Source: Phoronis australis
Taxonomy: Eukaryota; Animalia; Phoronida
Assembly (NCBI GenBank): GCA_002633005.1
Contig: NMRA01000359.1
Location: 213,438 to 277,437, forward strand
Length of the DNA stretch: 64,000 bases
Reading direction: 5' to 3'
Under the pieces are notes generated by a model. The model saw nothing but the letters and a program-made list of their open reading frames with translations. It made no database searches and was not told the DNA's origin. This document shows positions 49,327-63,224 of this stretch, one piece after another. How positions within the stretch are numbered: the first letter of the stretch is position 1; each line of letters begins with the position of its first letter. Position numbers and translations under genes: made by a program.

Positions 49327-50247
49327 TGTTACTTGAACCCTGTGTGCTGGACTGTATTTACCTAATTTCTAGATCCTCGGAGACGTCTCGTCTCTTTCGA
49401 TGGGATGATGTTGACTATTTTTGCTGGTAGTGGGATTTCCGTTCACGTGGAATCTCATTTGTCTGGTTACATTGTCAACATTCTCATTCCGTGGCAATTA
49501 GAATCTGGCAACACCTATCTTAGAGCTTGTATGTAGACAGATGTCTTCTATACCCCTCTGTCAAATCAATTTTTCTCTGTACATGATCTCCACATTTTCA
49601 TTGCTGAAGGAATGTGCCGTTTCGTGTAAATGGAATGTATAACGCAGATGAAATTCCTTCTCCAGCAGCTTTTCGGTGTTGGTACATACATGGTGGTACG
49701 CGTTAGCGGTGTACCGTAAACTCGCTGGTTAACGCCCATGCCCGGGTAATCACACATCTCCTGTCTCAGGGTTTCCCAATTTAAGCGCCCAGGTCATTAA
49801 CCCGCGAGTTTACCGTAGTTTATGGTATTTACTGTGACGGGAAATAACATGGTCAGGCTGAACAATCTCTTAAGAAAAGTACGTAATACCAACATAGAAA
49901 AGCTGCTTTGTACGGAATTTCATCTGTGTTATACGACAATTTATATGACACAACACATGAATTTAGCAATGAAAATGCGGAGATCCTGTGCAGAGAGAAA
50001 AACGGGTTTGACGGAAGGGTACAGGAGGCTACCTTCGTCCAAGCCCTAAAAGCTCTCATCAGGTGGCACCAAATTCTAGTTGTCGTCAGCATGGAATGAG
50101 GGTGTTGATAAATAAATGTAACCAGACTAGCGAGATCCCACGTGACCGGAGTTCCCGCCAATAGTAGTAGTCAATGTCATCCCTTCGAAGGAGACGAGAT
50201 TAGGAATTTGCTAAATATATTCCAGCAGACCAGGTTCAAGTAACAAT
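49327..50247. mobile_element. Head-to-head inverted pair of Penelope-like 3' ends (GIY-YIG C-terminus) with a CCGTA MITE (49714-49815) in the spacer
   Basis: Arms at about 49327-49690 and 49883-50247 are alignable reverse complements; the + arm translates YQHRK...SSVLYDNLYDTTHEFSNENAEILCREKNGFDGRVQEATFV. Confidence 0.75.
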
Positions 50248-51293
50248 AGTCTTGTCATGTACGAGACGCAGTTTAATGTATGGGTGATTCCAAGGCTCTA
50301 TAGAAAAAGCTGCCCTTGTGTGGTTTGTCAAAATATTCCCATGGTCCATGATTACTGATGTATTGGGACTCTATACACAATGAGTTAATGCCTACGTAAT
50401 GCTTCAAGTTCATAACTTGCTTGATTAATGGGCTGCATGGATAATTAACTAGTTTTCTTTTACTGGTGCATTTTATTGGCGGCACAAGCTCCTGACGTAG
50501 ATGTCAGTAATGCTTATACGTCGAAGTAACTGCTCACTTTGCTCCTCCTATGGGAGTGTGGTCTCGGACGGTTGCTTTGTGCGATGTGTCATACAATAGG
50601 CGAGTTAACACTTTTCTCAGCTAATTCTAATGAATTGGTGGAACTGAGACGACTGGACAGGTCACAGGGTGTGGCTGTCTGGTCATAGCAGTAAATGCTA
50701 TGTACTTCACAACTAAGTGGACCAGGACTTAAAGGAAATGGCCGTGTATGAAAGTAACTGCACTTTTTGCTAGGCATTGTAGTAGCTGCTTGTGGCATGC
50801 GTCAACTCTATATTTGGGAAACTACTCGTTGGTGTTATTCGGTTTTGCTTGGCAGGAATGAGAAATATTCAGTGTTGATTGTTGTGCTTGGGTTGGTGTC
50901 AGCTGAAGCCAAATGTCCTTATTGTTTGCATTCATTTCATGTGCTTTTACTTTTTTGTTAAGAAAACCGGTAATAATGTTATGCTTCAATTTGTTAAAGC
51001 TTAAAATTTTAATTAGACTCCACCTGAATCTAGACTTAGCCTAGATTTCAATTCTGCCATTAGAAGTGGATTTGGTGGCCTCCTAGTGTCTACAATATGT
51101 CAGAATTTATTAAATTATTTTTGAAAACTTGTGGAATTCCAGTTTAATTGCTACTAAACAAGTTTAGTTGTCTTGCTACTGTTTCTTAGTGATTTTTAAT
51201 TCTGAGGAGCAGCATGCTTTAAGTGTGGCATGATTACTCTCTGACCATTTACCTTTACCGCTTACCTTTACCGTTTACCATTAACCTTTACCG

Positions 51294-51690
51294 TTAAGAT
51301 GCATTTGCATGCTCCTAACTATGCTAATGTATAGCAGGAACTAAACAACAATTTTATTTGAAGATCGTCAATTCTATGCTAAACAAAGTGCAGTGTATTC
51401 ATTGACAACTTGTAAAATGTGAAAACAAACAATTCTGCAAATAGGTCACCTTTTCACTAATTACATGTCTTGGGTGCTCACATAGCCCGCATCATGCAGT
51501 GTTATTCCCCAACACCACATCACGACACTTTCTGGACACTGTTCGGTGATTGACGGCAGATCATTTTCCACACAAAAGTAGTTCTTAAAATGGCAAATTT
51601 CAACCTACTATTCACATTGTTGCTATATGTTGTGTTTTCTACCTAATTTGACCAAGCAATCTTAGAGATGAGGAATTGGCATGCAAGTTC
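51294..51690 (+). repeat. Interspersed repeat, homologous to 63225-63625
   Basis: tgctcctaactatgctaatgtat.gcaggaactaaac...gctaaacaaagtgcagt...taatttgaccaagcaat is shared. Confidence 0.85.
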
Positions 51691-53213
51691 CATTGACTTT
51701 ACGTCTAGCCAGTTTGGATAAAACATAATTGTCAGAATTGGAACTTTTCATTTTCTGGACTGTTGTCTGATGGTAGCTATGAAACAAAACTTGAAAATGG
51801 ATGGCACATCCTGAATTTGGTGTTACCTGCTTAAAAAGTGGAAATTCACTTTTTCGTCATATCGAGTACTAAACTGGCGAGATTTTACTGTAGTAGCCCG
51901 CAAGTTCGTTATCTTTAAATTTTGTAACTGAAGTAACTTTTTTTGTCTTTCTAGATACCACAGAGATGACAATATTATAGTTCCAGCAGGTGGCATACTG
52001 CTCAAGGTGATTCTTATGGCATTAGGCTGGTAGTATGCGTCCAACAGGGTCCAAATAGCCTCATTAGGTGCTTTTTGTTTTTGAATAACAGTGTTTCACG
52101 GTGAGGAGTCCTGCATGGTAGCTCTGAGTTTAATCATGACGTGCGCACTCTCTGTGTTGTGTGGACTCAATGCAACAGGTATACAGAGAGCAAAGTGGTA
52201 TCCCGCAATTATTGCTAATTTTAGTTGAATACCAACACAGTCTGTTGATTATAAATTGAAGTGGGTGCCAGTACACAATACATTTTAGCACTCTTTGTCG
52301 CAGCCGTAAATTAAATTTCCCAACAACAAGAAAGGTGAAGATTACCATTTTGACACAAAAAAGTTACTTTGGCTGACAGCTATGGTGGGATTAGAATCTT
52401 TCTTTAATTTGCACATCACAGAGTAAAGGTAAACGCTTGCTGTCTCTGATGCTATGTAATAGTTAGCCAGTGATTGCATTGTGTCACCACAAGACAGTAG
52501 GGCCGCTCCAGATCACATAACGGCACTCGAATCGCGCTGTATTTACCCACAGTGCTGTAAACATCCGTCAGGCACATTTGCCGCCGCGTTTTCATGGCAC
52601 TGGAGTTTCACATGTTATTTGACGTCCGATTCTTTACAAGTTTTTCTCATTTGCATTACTCTATTCGTCCTTCCAATACCAGTATTATGATTGCTGTGCT
52701 GTGGGCTCCAACTCCGACATGAGAAAGTTTGTTAATCTGGATAAATACCTGTGGATACGTGATTTGAAACTCTTTGCCTTCCCGACATCTATGAGAGATA
52801 CGAAAATGCGCCTGATGTCCAAAACGCGCTTTCTTATCTCCAGGACAATGGGTTCTGTCCGGGACAGCCCTATTGATCTTTCATTTTTGACAGAAAAATG
52901 GTAGTTCTCAGGCCCTTTAAATTGAATAATAAATTGGTTATGCTGAAACCTTGAGGGCATTTTCAGCTGTTTTAACCCAACATTATGACAGCTGCTCTAT
53001 ATAAGTGAGGGTTGTCTGTATTAAAACCCTTTTTATGTTTTTGCAAGTGTTCGATAAAGTGTACTGTCTTCAAGCCCATAAAACTTAGTAGAACAACTCA
53101 GATTTTCCAGTCAAACACTTACAGGACTCCTCACTGTTGCTTCTGATGTCGAGTTTTGCAATGTAATCTACAGTGAAACCTCCTCAATTTTCGCACACTG
53201 AAATATTTTTCCT

Positions 53214-53516
53214 AAAAGTGAGGCATTCTTTTTTGGTAAATGGACAGTGTAAATTAGTGTGTAAAATTACGAAGTTGCAGTCACGAGTTGCCTCAAATGA
53301 AATATTATGGAAATTCCACCCGTTTCTGCTGTTTCTGCCGTGTTCAGTGTTACTAATTGAGGAGTCTAGAAAAGTGAGGCATTCTTTTTTGGTAAATGGA
53401 CAGTGTAAATTAGTGTGTAAAATTACGAAGTTGCAGTCATGAGTTGCCTCAAATGAATTATTATGGAAAATCCACCTGTTTCTGCCATGTTCAGTGTTAC
53501 TAATTGAGGAGTCTAG
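53214..53516 (+). repeat. About 156-bp recent tandem duplication (2 copies)
   Basis: aaagtgaggcattcttttttggtaaatggacag...ctaattgaggagtctag occurs twice, nearly identical. Confidence 0.95.
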
Positions 53517-54029
53517 CCTATGTGTAGGCAGTTTTGCTGTAAATGTGTGCCATAAGGTTGTGAGGGGTGTTATCCTTTAAGTGTAAACAGGTGCTTTAGC
53601 CGCCTGATTGCCTGCGACAGACACTTGTCGCTATTCTTGTCAGAGTGAGTTTTAATTTGGTTTATTGCCAAGGAGTAATGGTGCTAAACGTAAAAGATTG
53701 TTATGCAGTTTCCTCTAAGCAAGAGATGTTAGTGTTGTGCAACAATATCTCCGTTTTTACTTAGTCAAAGAAAATTTCCAGCATTTTTTAAACGTTTTGT
53801 CTAACATTAGCGCCTAAAGTATCTTTTTGGATTTCTAGATGTCATTTTTGTGAGAACATTTCACTCGGTCGAATATCAAGTATTCCCAAAACTGGAATTT
53901 GACGTACCAAAAATTCATCGCTATTCTTTAGAGTGTCTGCTTTATTGTTATTTGTTATTGTTGTTTGTCTGGGCAGTTAAACATTAGCTCTGTATCGGTT
54001 CTTGCCTGTTAAAGCGTTGTGGATAATTT

Positions 54030-54715
54030 TGTATTATGCTACCACATACGTATGTGGGTGCGTATTGCCATCATTTCTGCTCGGGCATCCAGCGTCCGCT
54101 GCTCTGTCTGTAAAACCTCTTGCAGTGATCTTAGTGAGATTTGGCAGATGTGAAACTGGCGACAGATGATGAGTTTGAGACCGATCTGTTTAATGCAGTG
54201 TCTTCTAGTTACAATTTTAATTTTTTATATTTGCCTCTGTATCCTCAGAGTTTATTGATGGATTTTCTTGAAATTTGGCAAATACGTTTTATTGAGGAAG
54301 AGTTGAGGCCTTACCATTTTCGGACGCATTTACTATTTTCCAATCCGTTTGTTGCAATCCGCCTCTCCCTCCCTCCTTCCCTCCCTCCTTCCCTCCCTTC
54401 TTCCCCCCCAGGATCTTTGTGCATGTGCATTCCTGTAACCATGGCAACAGTTGACAACTTGTTTTGGAGGGATCTGACTAGCGGTGTGCCTTGTACTGGC
54501 AAGTATTTTTTTATGCTTGCCTCAGTATATTTGGATTTCCTGGATGGATTTTGATAAAATTTGGCTAATAGGTTTCTATTAGGCAAGCGAGGAGTACTTC
54601 CCATTTTCGGACAACTTTTACTCATTGTGCCTCACCTTGTGGTCATCCCTAGAAGTATATCATTTGTGGTGCAGTGGTGGGCATATTTCAGCGCTACTGG
54701 ATCAACTCAGTTTTA
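54030..54715 (+). mobile_element. Degenerate short copy of the Helentron-type family, with a (CCCT)n tract
   Basis: ttatgctaccacatacgtatgtgggtgc...gcgtccgctgct start and gtgggcatatttcagcgct end parallel 40914-42652. Confidence 0.7.
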
Positions 54716-56097
54716 AGTTGTTTTCCAATCGGGGCATTATTTAATCAAAGACTCAGAGGCTGAAAAGCTCTTATGACGTCTCGAATTTTCCATGGGCTGG
54801 AATTGCTCTCCACACTCATTCTACGCAAACACTTTACGCATTTAGGGGGAGCATGGCAACGCTTAATTTTACAAGCCCTGCCCTCTGTAGTGCAGCATTT
54901 TCCCATGGAAAGTGGTGACAGTTTCCCTGTTAAACTGACATTGAACTCCTGGGACCTTATAAACAACAACTGTAGTCAAATATCGAAAAAACTATGCTTT
55001 GTCAACCATCAAAAGTATGTATTTTCTGGAAGGAGATAGATTGAGGATTCTAAAAATATGCTTCTTACTAACTGTGTCTTTATTATTGTTACCTGACCAA
55101 CTTTTTAAATGAAAATTTTCCGTTATGTCTTAAAAACACTATTAGGAATTTTTTATTGTTCACTTAGTGCGTTTTTTATGCCAGATTAACTCGCAAAACA
55201 TAAAAAACATCAGTCAAGGCATTTTAAAGCAAAACCCTTACAGCCTATTTAAAATTTAAGTGAAGTTTTCACCTAAAAAGGTTTTAGTAAAATCGACATG
55301 GAGGATATTTTGCTCCGAATGTAAATAGATAAATTCTTGCACATGAAAATTTGTCTTACTAATAAACTGGTCCTGTGACTGTATTAAAGACACAGTAGTA
55401 AGAAGCATATTTTTAGAATACTCATCGTTCTTCTTTCAAAATTATATACTTTTAATGGTTGACAAAGCATAGTTTTTTCGATATGTGACTTTGAATTGAG
55501 GTTGTTTATTAAGGTCCTACTTAACATTAACAAAAGTCTGTGACACCAAAAGGAAGATTTTATAAAAGGCAGACTCTCTAAAGATGAAGGATGGTTTATT
55601 GTGAGGTCAACCTTTGTAGTATCGACTTGATTTTTTCCAGGAAATATGACCTGCATATCTAATAAATCCTGGTAGGCTCTAACGTTTGCTAAAACATCCA
55701 AAATTCTGGATTTTTTCTTTAAATTTCACTGTGGAGTTTTATTTAGAGATTATTCAATATCAACTTTTACACTGAATTTATTTGTCATTTAGCTCAGATG
55801 TAAGATGTGGGTTGTGCGTTATTTCAAAGGTAAAGATTGTAACTTGTTTTATCAGACATGGTATGATATATTTTGGCTGCAATTGCTTTGCAAAGCGTAA
55901 TATGTGAACCTAAGTGCCATGTGCCCTTCAAGGAATGAAATCAATGTTTTTGATTTCTTTCTCTCTTTTGCTTTGCTTGGAAACCACGCATGAGGAAGCT
56001 ACATTCTCAGTCTTCATAAACTGCCATGAATTTGTGTATTAAGCTTTTTTCTAACTTTTTAATCTTAACAAACTGCTACTTAATATCTTAGTCTTAA

Positions 56098-56978
56098 GGT
56101 TACGTGTACCCCTAGTTCAAATATTGTCTTGTGGGCTAATAGTTGAGGCAAATCTATTCATGTCATTCACAATACTGACATTCTGGTGGTCAGGTAATCA
56201 TGCGTTTCTGGAAAAAAAGTTGTTTTTGAAAGGTACATTGATGGGAAAGAAGTCCTTTCTTCTGTAAGTCATAGACAACGTGGGGTTCATCACAAATGAA
56301 TTGCACGAAACTACAGAGAAATATTGGGCGAGAGGTGTGTAAAATTTGCAGCAATTGTGTGAAGTTTTGTTGAACATTTGGATTTTCTAATCCAGACGAT
56401 CTGGCCTTCTGCAGCCAATTTCAGTGGCAGTTTGGCCTCCTCGGGATCGAGTTTGACTTCGACCGTAGCATGGAGTCGAGTCTCGAGTGCTGTTGGCCTT
56501 CACACAAGCTTCTTACACTTTGACAGTATTTTCCTTCGAAGTGTGATATTTGTGCCACATAACCATGGGCAACAGTCTGATATAACGTGCCGCATTTTGA
56601 GAACCAGTTTGATGCCCGTTATTCAGTGGGGAAAACTGGTTCTCAAAATTCGGGCACGTTATATCAGACCATTACCTAACCATGAATAAAAATTTCAAAA
56701 CTTTGAAACTGTACTGTAGAAATCTCATCAGAGTGTGTGGCTTGAAGATAATAAGTATTTGCATTATAGAAACACTTTTTTGGGGAGATTTGATCTGATG
56801 GACAACCTTAGCAAACGGTGCGTGTTGGTGATGACCTTTTCGAAAGTGGTGTTTTTCACTAGAAAACAACATCATCTATTTGTATTAAAATAACCTTGTT
56901 TGAAACCTTCACATATTTTGCAGTCTTCATGTTCATGTTTTCAAAATTGCATTTTTAGAAATAGGGTTACACGTAACA
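56098..56978. mobile_element. TTAA-associated TIR element containing a nested 36-bp-arm hairpin (56575-56670)
   Basis: gttacgtgtaccccta is inverted relative to tagggttacacgtaac; gtctgatataacgtgcc...gagaaccagttt is inverted relative to aaactggttctc...ggcacgttatatcagac. Confidence 0.65.
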
Positions 56979-58398
56979 TTTTAAGAGATTTTATTAAAGG
57001 TATGTCGTTTTTTATTAGTGGCAATAGACAAACCCTGATGGGGCCTTGTTGCCCATAGTGTAGTTCTGCCTGATCAACACGGATTTTAATAAACTATTAT
57101 CCATTTGATTCTTTTTTTTCAATAATTGCACCCTGCTGGGCTGTTCTGGCCAGTCTGTGTGGTTGTATGCTCCATGAACTTTACGTTTGACTGGCTTGAA
57201 TACTACATGATTTTATCGAAAATCTGTTTATTAATTCCCAACAATAGACACATGATACTCGAGTTCAACTAGATACCTTTCCTTTATGAATTCTCGGTCC
57301 CTGGTTAGTCCACCGTGAGAGAAGATGTCTGCACTTGGCGGCGTAGTTTTCTCGGGTACGTTGGCATTGCTGATGCACCAATTCAAGTTTCACTAGGCGG
57401 GTGTCTATACGGCTACTCGAAGTGTGCATGAATTGTTTTAGTTACCATCATCCCTTCGCGGTAACGGCGTTTTTTTTTTTAGTCCAAACTGCTAAAAAGG
57501 TGCTCTGGTTAAGTGTTTGCGTTGGAAAATAGCTTGAATCACAACATTTTGCTTTGGTAAACAAAATGATGGTGAGAGAAATAATATAATATTCAGGACT
57601 GCCACATGTTTATTTCATGAAAATGACTGAGACAGAAATTTGACCTTACTCTCTCGCTTCACAATTGCTAAAAAAAGGTTTAGCCAAGTTGTGAGTACAT
57701 CGCAGTTTATAAATAGTAGAATTACAATTCAGAAACAAGCAGTCACCACTTTGAACTTTGCACAAGTGAAACTTAAGTATTTTTAACAAATGTAGACCAA
57801 ATTTTTTAGTTTTTATAATTCGGAAAGTCTTGAATCGTTTTTCATGAAACGGACCCGGGTTCTAATCGCCGAACTCGCAATTCTAATTCGTGTCGGTATT
57901 CTGTTAGCTTTTCCACGAACTTTTGGTAATTGTCCATAATCTTGTGCTCGGGTATACTTTGTTTCATGCAGATGAGTTTCTTGTCCAAGCTTGATCTTGC
58001 ATAGCACAATATTATCGAACACACAATTACAGAAAATTTTCGAGTCTCTACCGCAGATGAACAAAAAATGTAAAACAAATGAGGCCTGTTAGAAGGGCAC
58101 TGTTTATTCTCCATTGTGTTTCGTCATTCTCTGGCAGCGTAGCAAGAGACCCCTCTCGGTACGAGGGCGTTTGTACATTAGTCTCGTCGCCTGAGCTTGT
58201 TTCTGGTTTTGATTTTTCTCGACGTTTGCCTTACTGTTCAGCACTAAATGCTCTCTGCCGCCAGTATGGTAAATACCAATGACAATGTAGATTATCGTCT
58301 GTATTTTAATACATTTCATAAGACCCGACGTAAAGTTTAATTGCGTAAGTATTTGTCATTTTTCTCTACGATGCAAACTTGTCATGTTTGAAGTACTG

Positions 58399-59150
58399 TC
58401 ATTCTTTCTCGAGGTGAAGTTTTCCTACCAAGTAACAGATTTTCGTCGTCTTGTCCAGTAAATATGGTAGATAGGATAACAGCCCTTGAAAACCGCCACT
58501 GTCGGGCACGGCTAATCTGTATGTAAACAAGTTATCGCGCTCGTTGTGAATTTTGGAAAAGTTGAAATCCTCTGACAATTCTAAAGTAAGCTGGCTTTGT
58601 AAATCGTCTACTGTGTCCTTAATTTCCGGTTGTCTTAGCCTCGTAATGCTGTCGCAGTAATCAGAAATTCTTTTAAACACCACTCGGTCTCCTTCGACCT
58701 TTAGCGCACCAAACTGTCGCCAGTAGCCCCAAAACTGGTCCAATATTTCCAAGTTCATCCCAGTCCTTACTTTCCCCGATTGTTTAAGTCGTTTGCACAT
58801 ATCGTGAAGAATTCGAAATTGTTTCATGGAGTACACGTTCCCAGGCACCAGTCGTGGTACCGCCAGTTGAATGCTTTTCAAAACGTCGACAAAAGTTTGC
58901 CTTTTTCGAGAAAACCAACTGAGGTACTCGCCTCGCAAGGCGTTCAGCCGTCCCATATGTTTGTGCACCTCGGCCTTTATTGTATTTAACTCCGTTAGAC
59001 GGCTGTCAAACTCGTTTATAACTTTCTTCTCCGGCAAAGCTCGCCATGTGAACATGATCTCGTAATAATCCCGGGTGTTAGGTCGGTCAGTGCGTCCGGG
59101 GGTTGACAAGTTGCTCGCGGCGCTCACCATGGGTACCCTGTGTAAATTAC
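58399..59150 (-). CDS. Uncharacterised, probably alpha-helical protein (main or terminal exon, about 250 aa)
   Basis: Longest ORF in the window (256 codons), protein-like composition, no transposon motifs; minus-strand acceptor gtatttgcag|GT at 59151-59160. Confidence 0.75.
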
Positions 59151-61296
59151 CTGCAAATACAGACAACATTATTTAGACTCGCTCAAGTTCAAGGGCAGCA
59201 TTTTACAAGAGCTTTGAACCCTTTCCGTGATAAAATATTTCCCATGTTGGTTCGCACGCAGCCGGAATTCAGTATAGGCGCGTGACTGTATATTATCTGG
59301 CAGAAATGATATACCGACGGACACAGTCGTAAGTCGCCGTGCACGTTCGCCCCTAGCGAATCGAGAAACATGTGACTAGGTTCTGAAGTGCGAATTTTTT
59401 TAAACGAATTTGGTGCCTGGGGCCTAATCGCTGTACTCGAAAATTGATGATATTGCATGACACGCTTCGAGTAAACTTGTACACTAATTATGTCAGCGTT
59501 TAAAGCGTCTATAAACCTGAATTCCATCACAAAAATGACATGGACTACCTGATGCGCTATACCGTTCAAATTTTTCTTAGTCAAATTGGAAACGACTTGA
59601 GGGTTTCGAAAGATCTGGCAATTCGTTGTCACTTCTTTGAATCCAAAACATCACCTTGCGGAACAATTGAATGCGAGGCCAATTTCAGTTTAGTTATAAG
59701 TGTTCTAGCTGAAGTTCGCTTCTTAGTCGGAAGGCGGGTAGGCCTATTTAAGCCGCCAGTCTGTAGAGTCCTGAGTTTGGAGGTTACTGAGATCATGCAG
59801 TGGGCCTGATAGAAGAGCAAAACCTACTTAAAGAAAATTTTGTTTCTCCGGTACGAAGTATAATTCCACTAGTTTAATTGACTTTTTCAGTCACACGTAA
59901 TCCGGTGATGTAGTCCTCTGTGTTGCCAGGTCGACACCCATATGTCGGCTTACATTTCAACGAGAAGCGCCAACCCCGTGTGTTTAAGAATGCATGGTTA
60001 CGCAAATAATCTGCTCAATTCGTTACGTTATCACTGCATTATTGACAAATTTGTCAGTGTATGTCTCCACAAGACTCCAAACATTGAACCGTATTGTAAA
60101 TCTTGCATTGGCAAACATGCCAATACTTATATTCTATAGAAGCTAAACAAACCTTATTACAACTGTTTTGTTTTCCTACCCAAAGATAACACGTCACGAA
60201 ACACGGTAACTAATGTCTCTCGTCTCACCGATAATCTCGAGAGTACCCAATGGCTGGGAACAAATTTCTCCCTTGCCGCAGAGTTGCTAGGTTTAGCTCC
60301 GCAGTATCAAGTTAATGTTTGTTTCAGTACCGCTACGATCTTGATTAATAATAGTATACACATATCTAAACTTCCATTCGAACGCTTGCAGCTTATTACG
60401 GGACCAGAACTGCATTGCTAAGAATCTGCATCTATGTTGACTAAGACGCCTGACACACACTGGTTCGAGTTGCAAACACACAGCCAGTCCACACGTGCAA
60501 TGTTTGTGTGCTTATTGACACTTTAAGAATAAAAAAAGCTTTGTAACACAAACCATGCATGTTGCACAAAATTGACATATGCCGCAATTGCGGTCTTGAA
60601 TAGCCATTAATGATTTCGCACAAACACAGGAATACCTGATTAAAATTTTCCCTTTCAACTCCATCTCTCTGTGTTATTTGATAAGGTCTTAATGTTCACT
60701 CCTTCCTCATTCCGTGCAGGTAAGGCCGGAACTTTAATTGTGTGAAATTCTCTTCTATTACGTTTCCAATAACTGTACAGTACTCTTCGCGACAACCCTG
60801 TCACCATGACAACAGCATTATGTACAACATTCGATATTTTACATCGATTGTGTCCTGTTCACGAGCTTGAGGGCATTAAAATTATTTAATAAAAACTCTT
60901 TATAAAACCTAAACAGTAGCACTGTTAATCCCCTTTTGAAGTGCTAATTCAATTACGATATTTGATATTATAAAACGCCAATCCTTTTTTCGTTTACCAG
61001 CTCTGATAGGCAATTAAAGTTTAATGTCGTATTTCTAATCCCACCTGTGACGTAAATCGAACAACTATTCTTTTCACAAAAACGGCCGTGTAGATACAGA
61101 CTCGGTAAATTTCTTTCAACGAGCTCGAATTTTCGCGGAATGTATCAATTGATAACAGCCAAAGGAAAATTATTTTTCAGTCATTAACAGTTTTGATCCA
61201 AGAATCATTTAATTCATAACTGGTCCTCATACCTGACAACCGTGACTCCGCAGCAATGCGTAAAACCAAAAGGCAATACTTTTTCAAGATACTCAC

Positions 61297-61339
61297 CCAG
61301 CCAAAAATCTGATTCTTCTTGACAAGTCCCAGACAGCAT
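61297..61339 (-). CDS. Candidate first coding exon of the minus-strand gene (MLSGTCQEESDFWL-G)
   Basis: ATG...CTG G|GTGAGT consensus donor; phase 1 matches the acceptor at 59150. Confidence 0.35.
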
Positions 61340-63224
61340 TTTGGAAGCGAACGCGTATCATTTTAGCAACATTTCCAGTTCAGTTGTACTGAAGTTAGTA
61401 TCAATCGAACACCTTACGTGTCTTGAATTTTCCTCTTGGCACTGGGCCTATCTGAGACTACGGAGACGATAACTTTAATTAAGTTAAAGGTCCTTCCAAA
61501 TATCACCCGTTTAACATTCAACGCAACAGATATCTGAGCGATTTGGTTCGTGCCGCAACTCTCGGCACAGTCCACAATCAAATGTCAGCGTTGGTGTGTT
61601 TACACAAGGTAAACAGCGCGCTGGCGCGTACGGGGAAATAGAATACACTGCATATAACATTGATAATACAATCAAACGATTATCGAAGAAGAGTAAACCT
61701 TTTTATAAATTTGACCCACTGTGTAAATGCAGCTTCTTATACAATACATTGTCAGAGCGCTGTGTTATATTACAGTGCGTCGCATCCCAGGGTAAAATCT
61801 AGGAAGCTTTCGATGGAGTTAAGTTTCATGCGAGAAAAAGAGATCACGTTTGTCAGCGAGATAGCCCGTCGCCATGCTAACCTACGTGATCACACGAGCT
61901 TCATTAGAGAATGTATTGCATCTCCTATTCTCGACCCTGGCAACGGAAACTGAGTCAAGAATTTCTAAATCAAATACAGGCTGCGTGCAGAAAATCGAGA
62001 ACTTGCCTTCGCACCAATGAACCTAAAAAAATTTCGTATACGAAGCAGAACGTAGAGTGATGCTCCGGAGTTGTGCCATGCGGCGGTGTCAAGCAGAACT
62101 AGAATAACGGTTCCAATGGTGACCATAGATCAAAGTAAACCCGAAACAAAGGAAGGCACGAAATGAAAATGTCACGATTCGCATGCGTCTTGTTGTTACA
62201 ACAGTGTTAAAGGTGCTTTTCACGCGTTTTCGTCAAAAATGAACTTTTGATTTATAAATCACCGAATTTAAAGGGGGTATCAGTGGCGGATTTGGGGGGG
62301 GGGGCAAGAGGGCCATGCCCCTCAAAAATTCTACCAGATACCATTTGGCAGTTCGGGTGAGACTTGCTGACTAGCACATGCCAGGGGGGTGAATAAACAA
62401 TGCATAGGCCCTGAACAAACCCCGTTTACCGTTTTTTTTAGCCAAAAGGTCCGCAAACCCAAAAAATTCGAGACCCGTGCATCCCTACATTTTAGGCTGG
62501 GCGCGCGCATCTGCCCAAATTCTGGTTATTCCTGTGCCCTCTCCCCCTAACTCAAAGTCCTGGATCCGCCCCTGGGTACTGCCGTTGAATGTGTTGATCG
62601 AAATCGAACATGGCCAAGTTTGATTAGCTACGTAACTGTAGTGCGCAAGCAACATTGCTTGAAATGATATTGCATGCACTCCACTAAATTCGTGCTTCTC
62701 AGTGTAAACTGGGGATTACAAATCCTACGTGAAAAGCTTAATTTTTGTACACAGTGGAAAAATAAGCCGCGAGAATGTACACACAGCCGTGAATCTTTGG
62801 ATGGATGACCTGGGTCAAACAAATATGGGGTCAACTGAACTGGATTCAAGCCGAACTAAGCTACTAGGCGCTAAACAAGTCTTACGCGAGATGTTACGAG
62901 TTAGTGATTCTACTTAACGAGTCAGTGCTCAGTGCTCAACTTGACAGGAACAGGGATAACACAATAAAGCAAACGGATTCACTCTAACTTTATAAAGGAA
63001 GATCCGCAAATCAATAGACAGACATTCGTCACTCATGTTTTGCTCACGAAGTTGATCATGACAGTGAAATGTAAAAAATGAATTTAATATTGAAAAATAT
63101 GCATGGTTTGAGGAAAACAAGGAAATTCGAGAGCCCACAGAAATCCACTTGTTTCTTGCTCAGATGAGAAATGGTTTATGGACAGAAGTTTTTTTGACTG
63201 GGGGCATGTTTACAGCAGGTTTAA

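Noticed and set aside
59189-59820. 147-aa and neighbouring ORFs upstream of the minus-strand gene
   Set aside because: No recognisable motif and no compatible splice sites found; probably intronic
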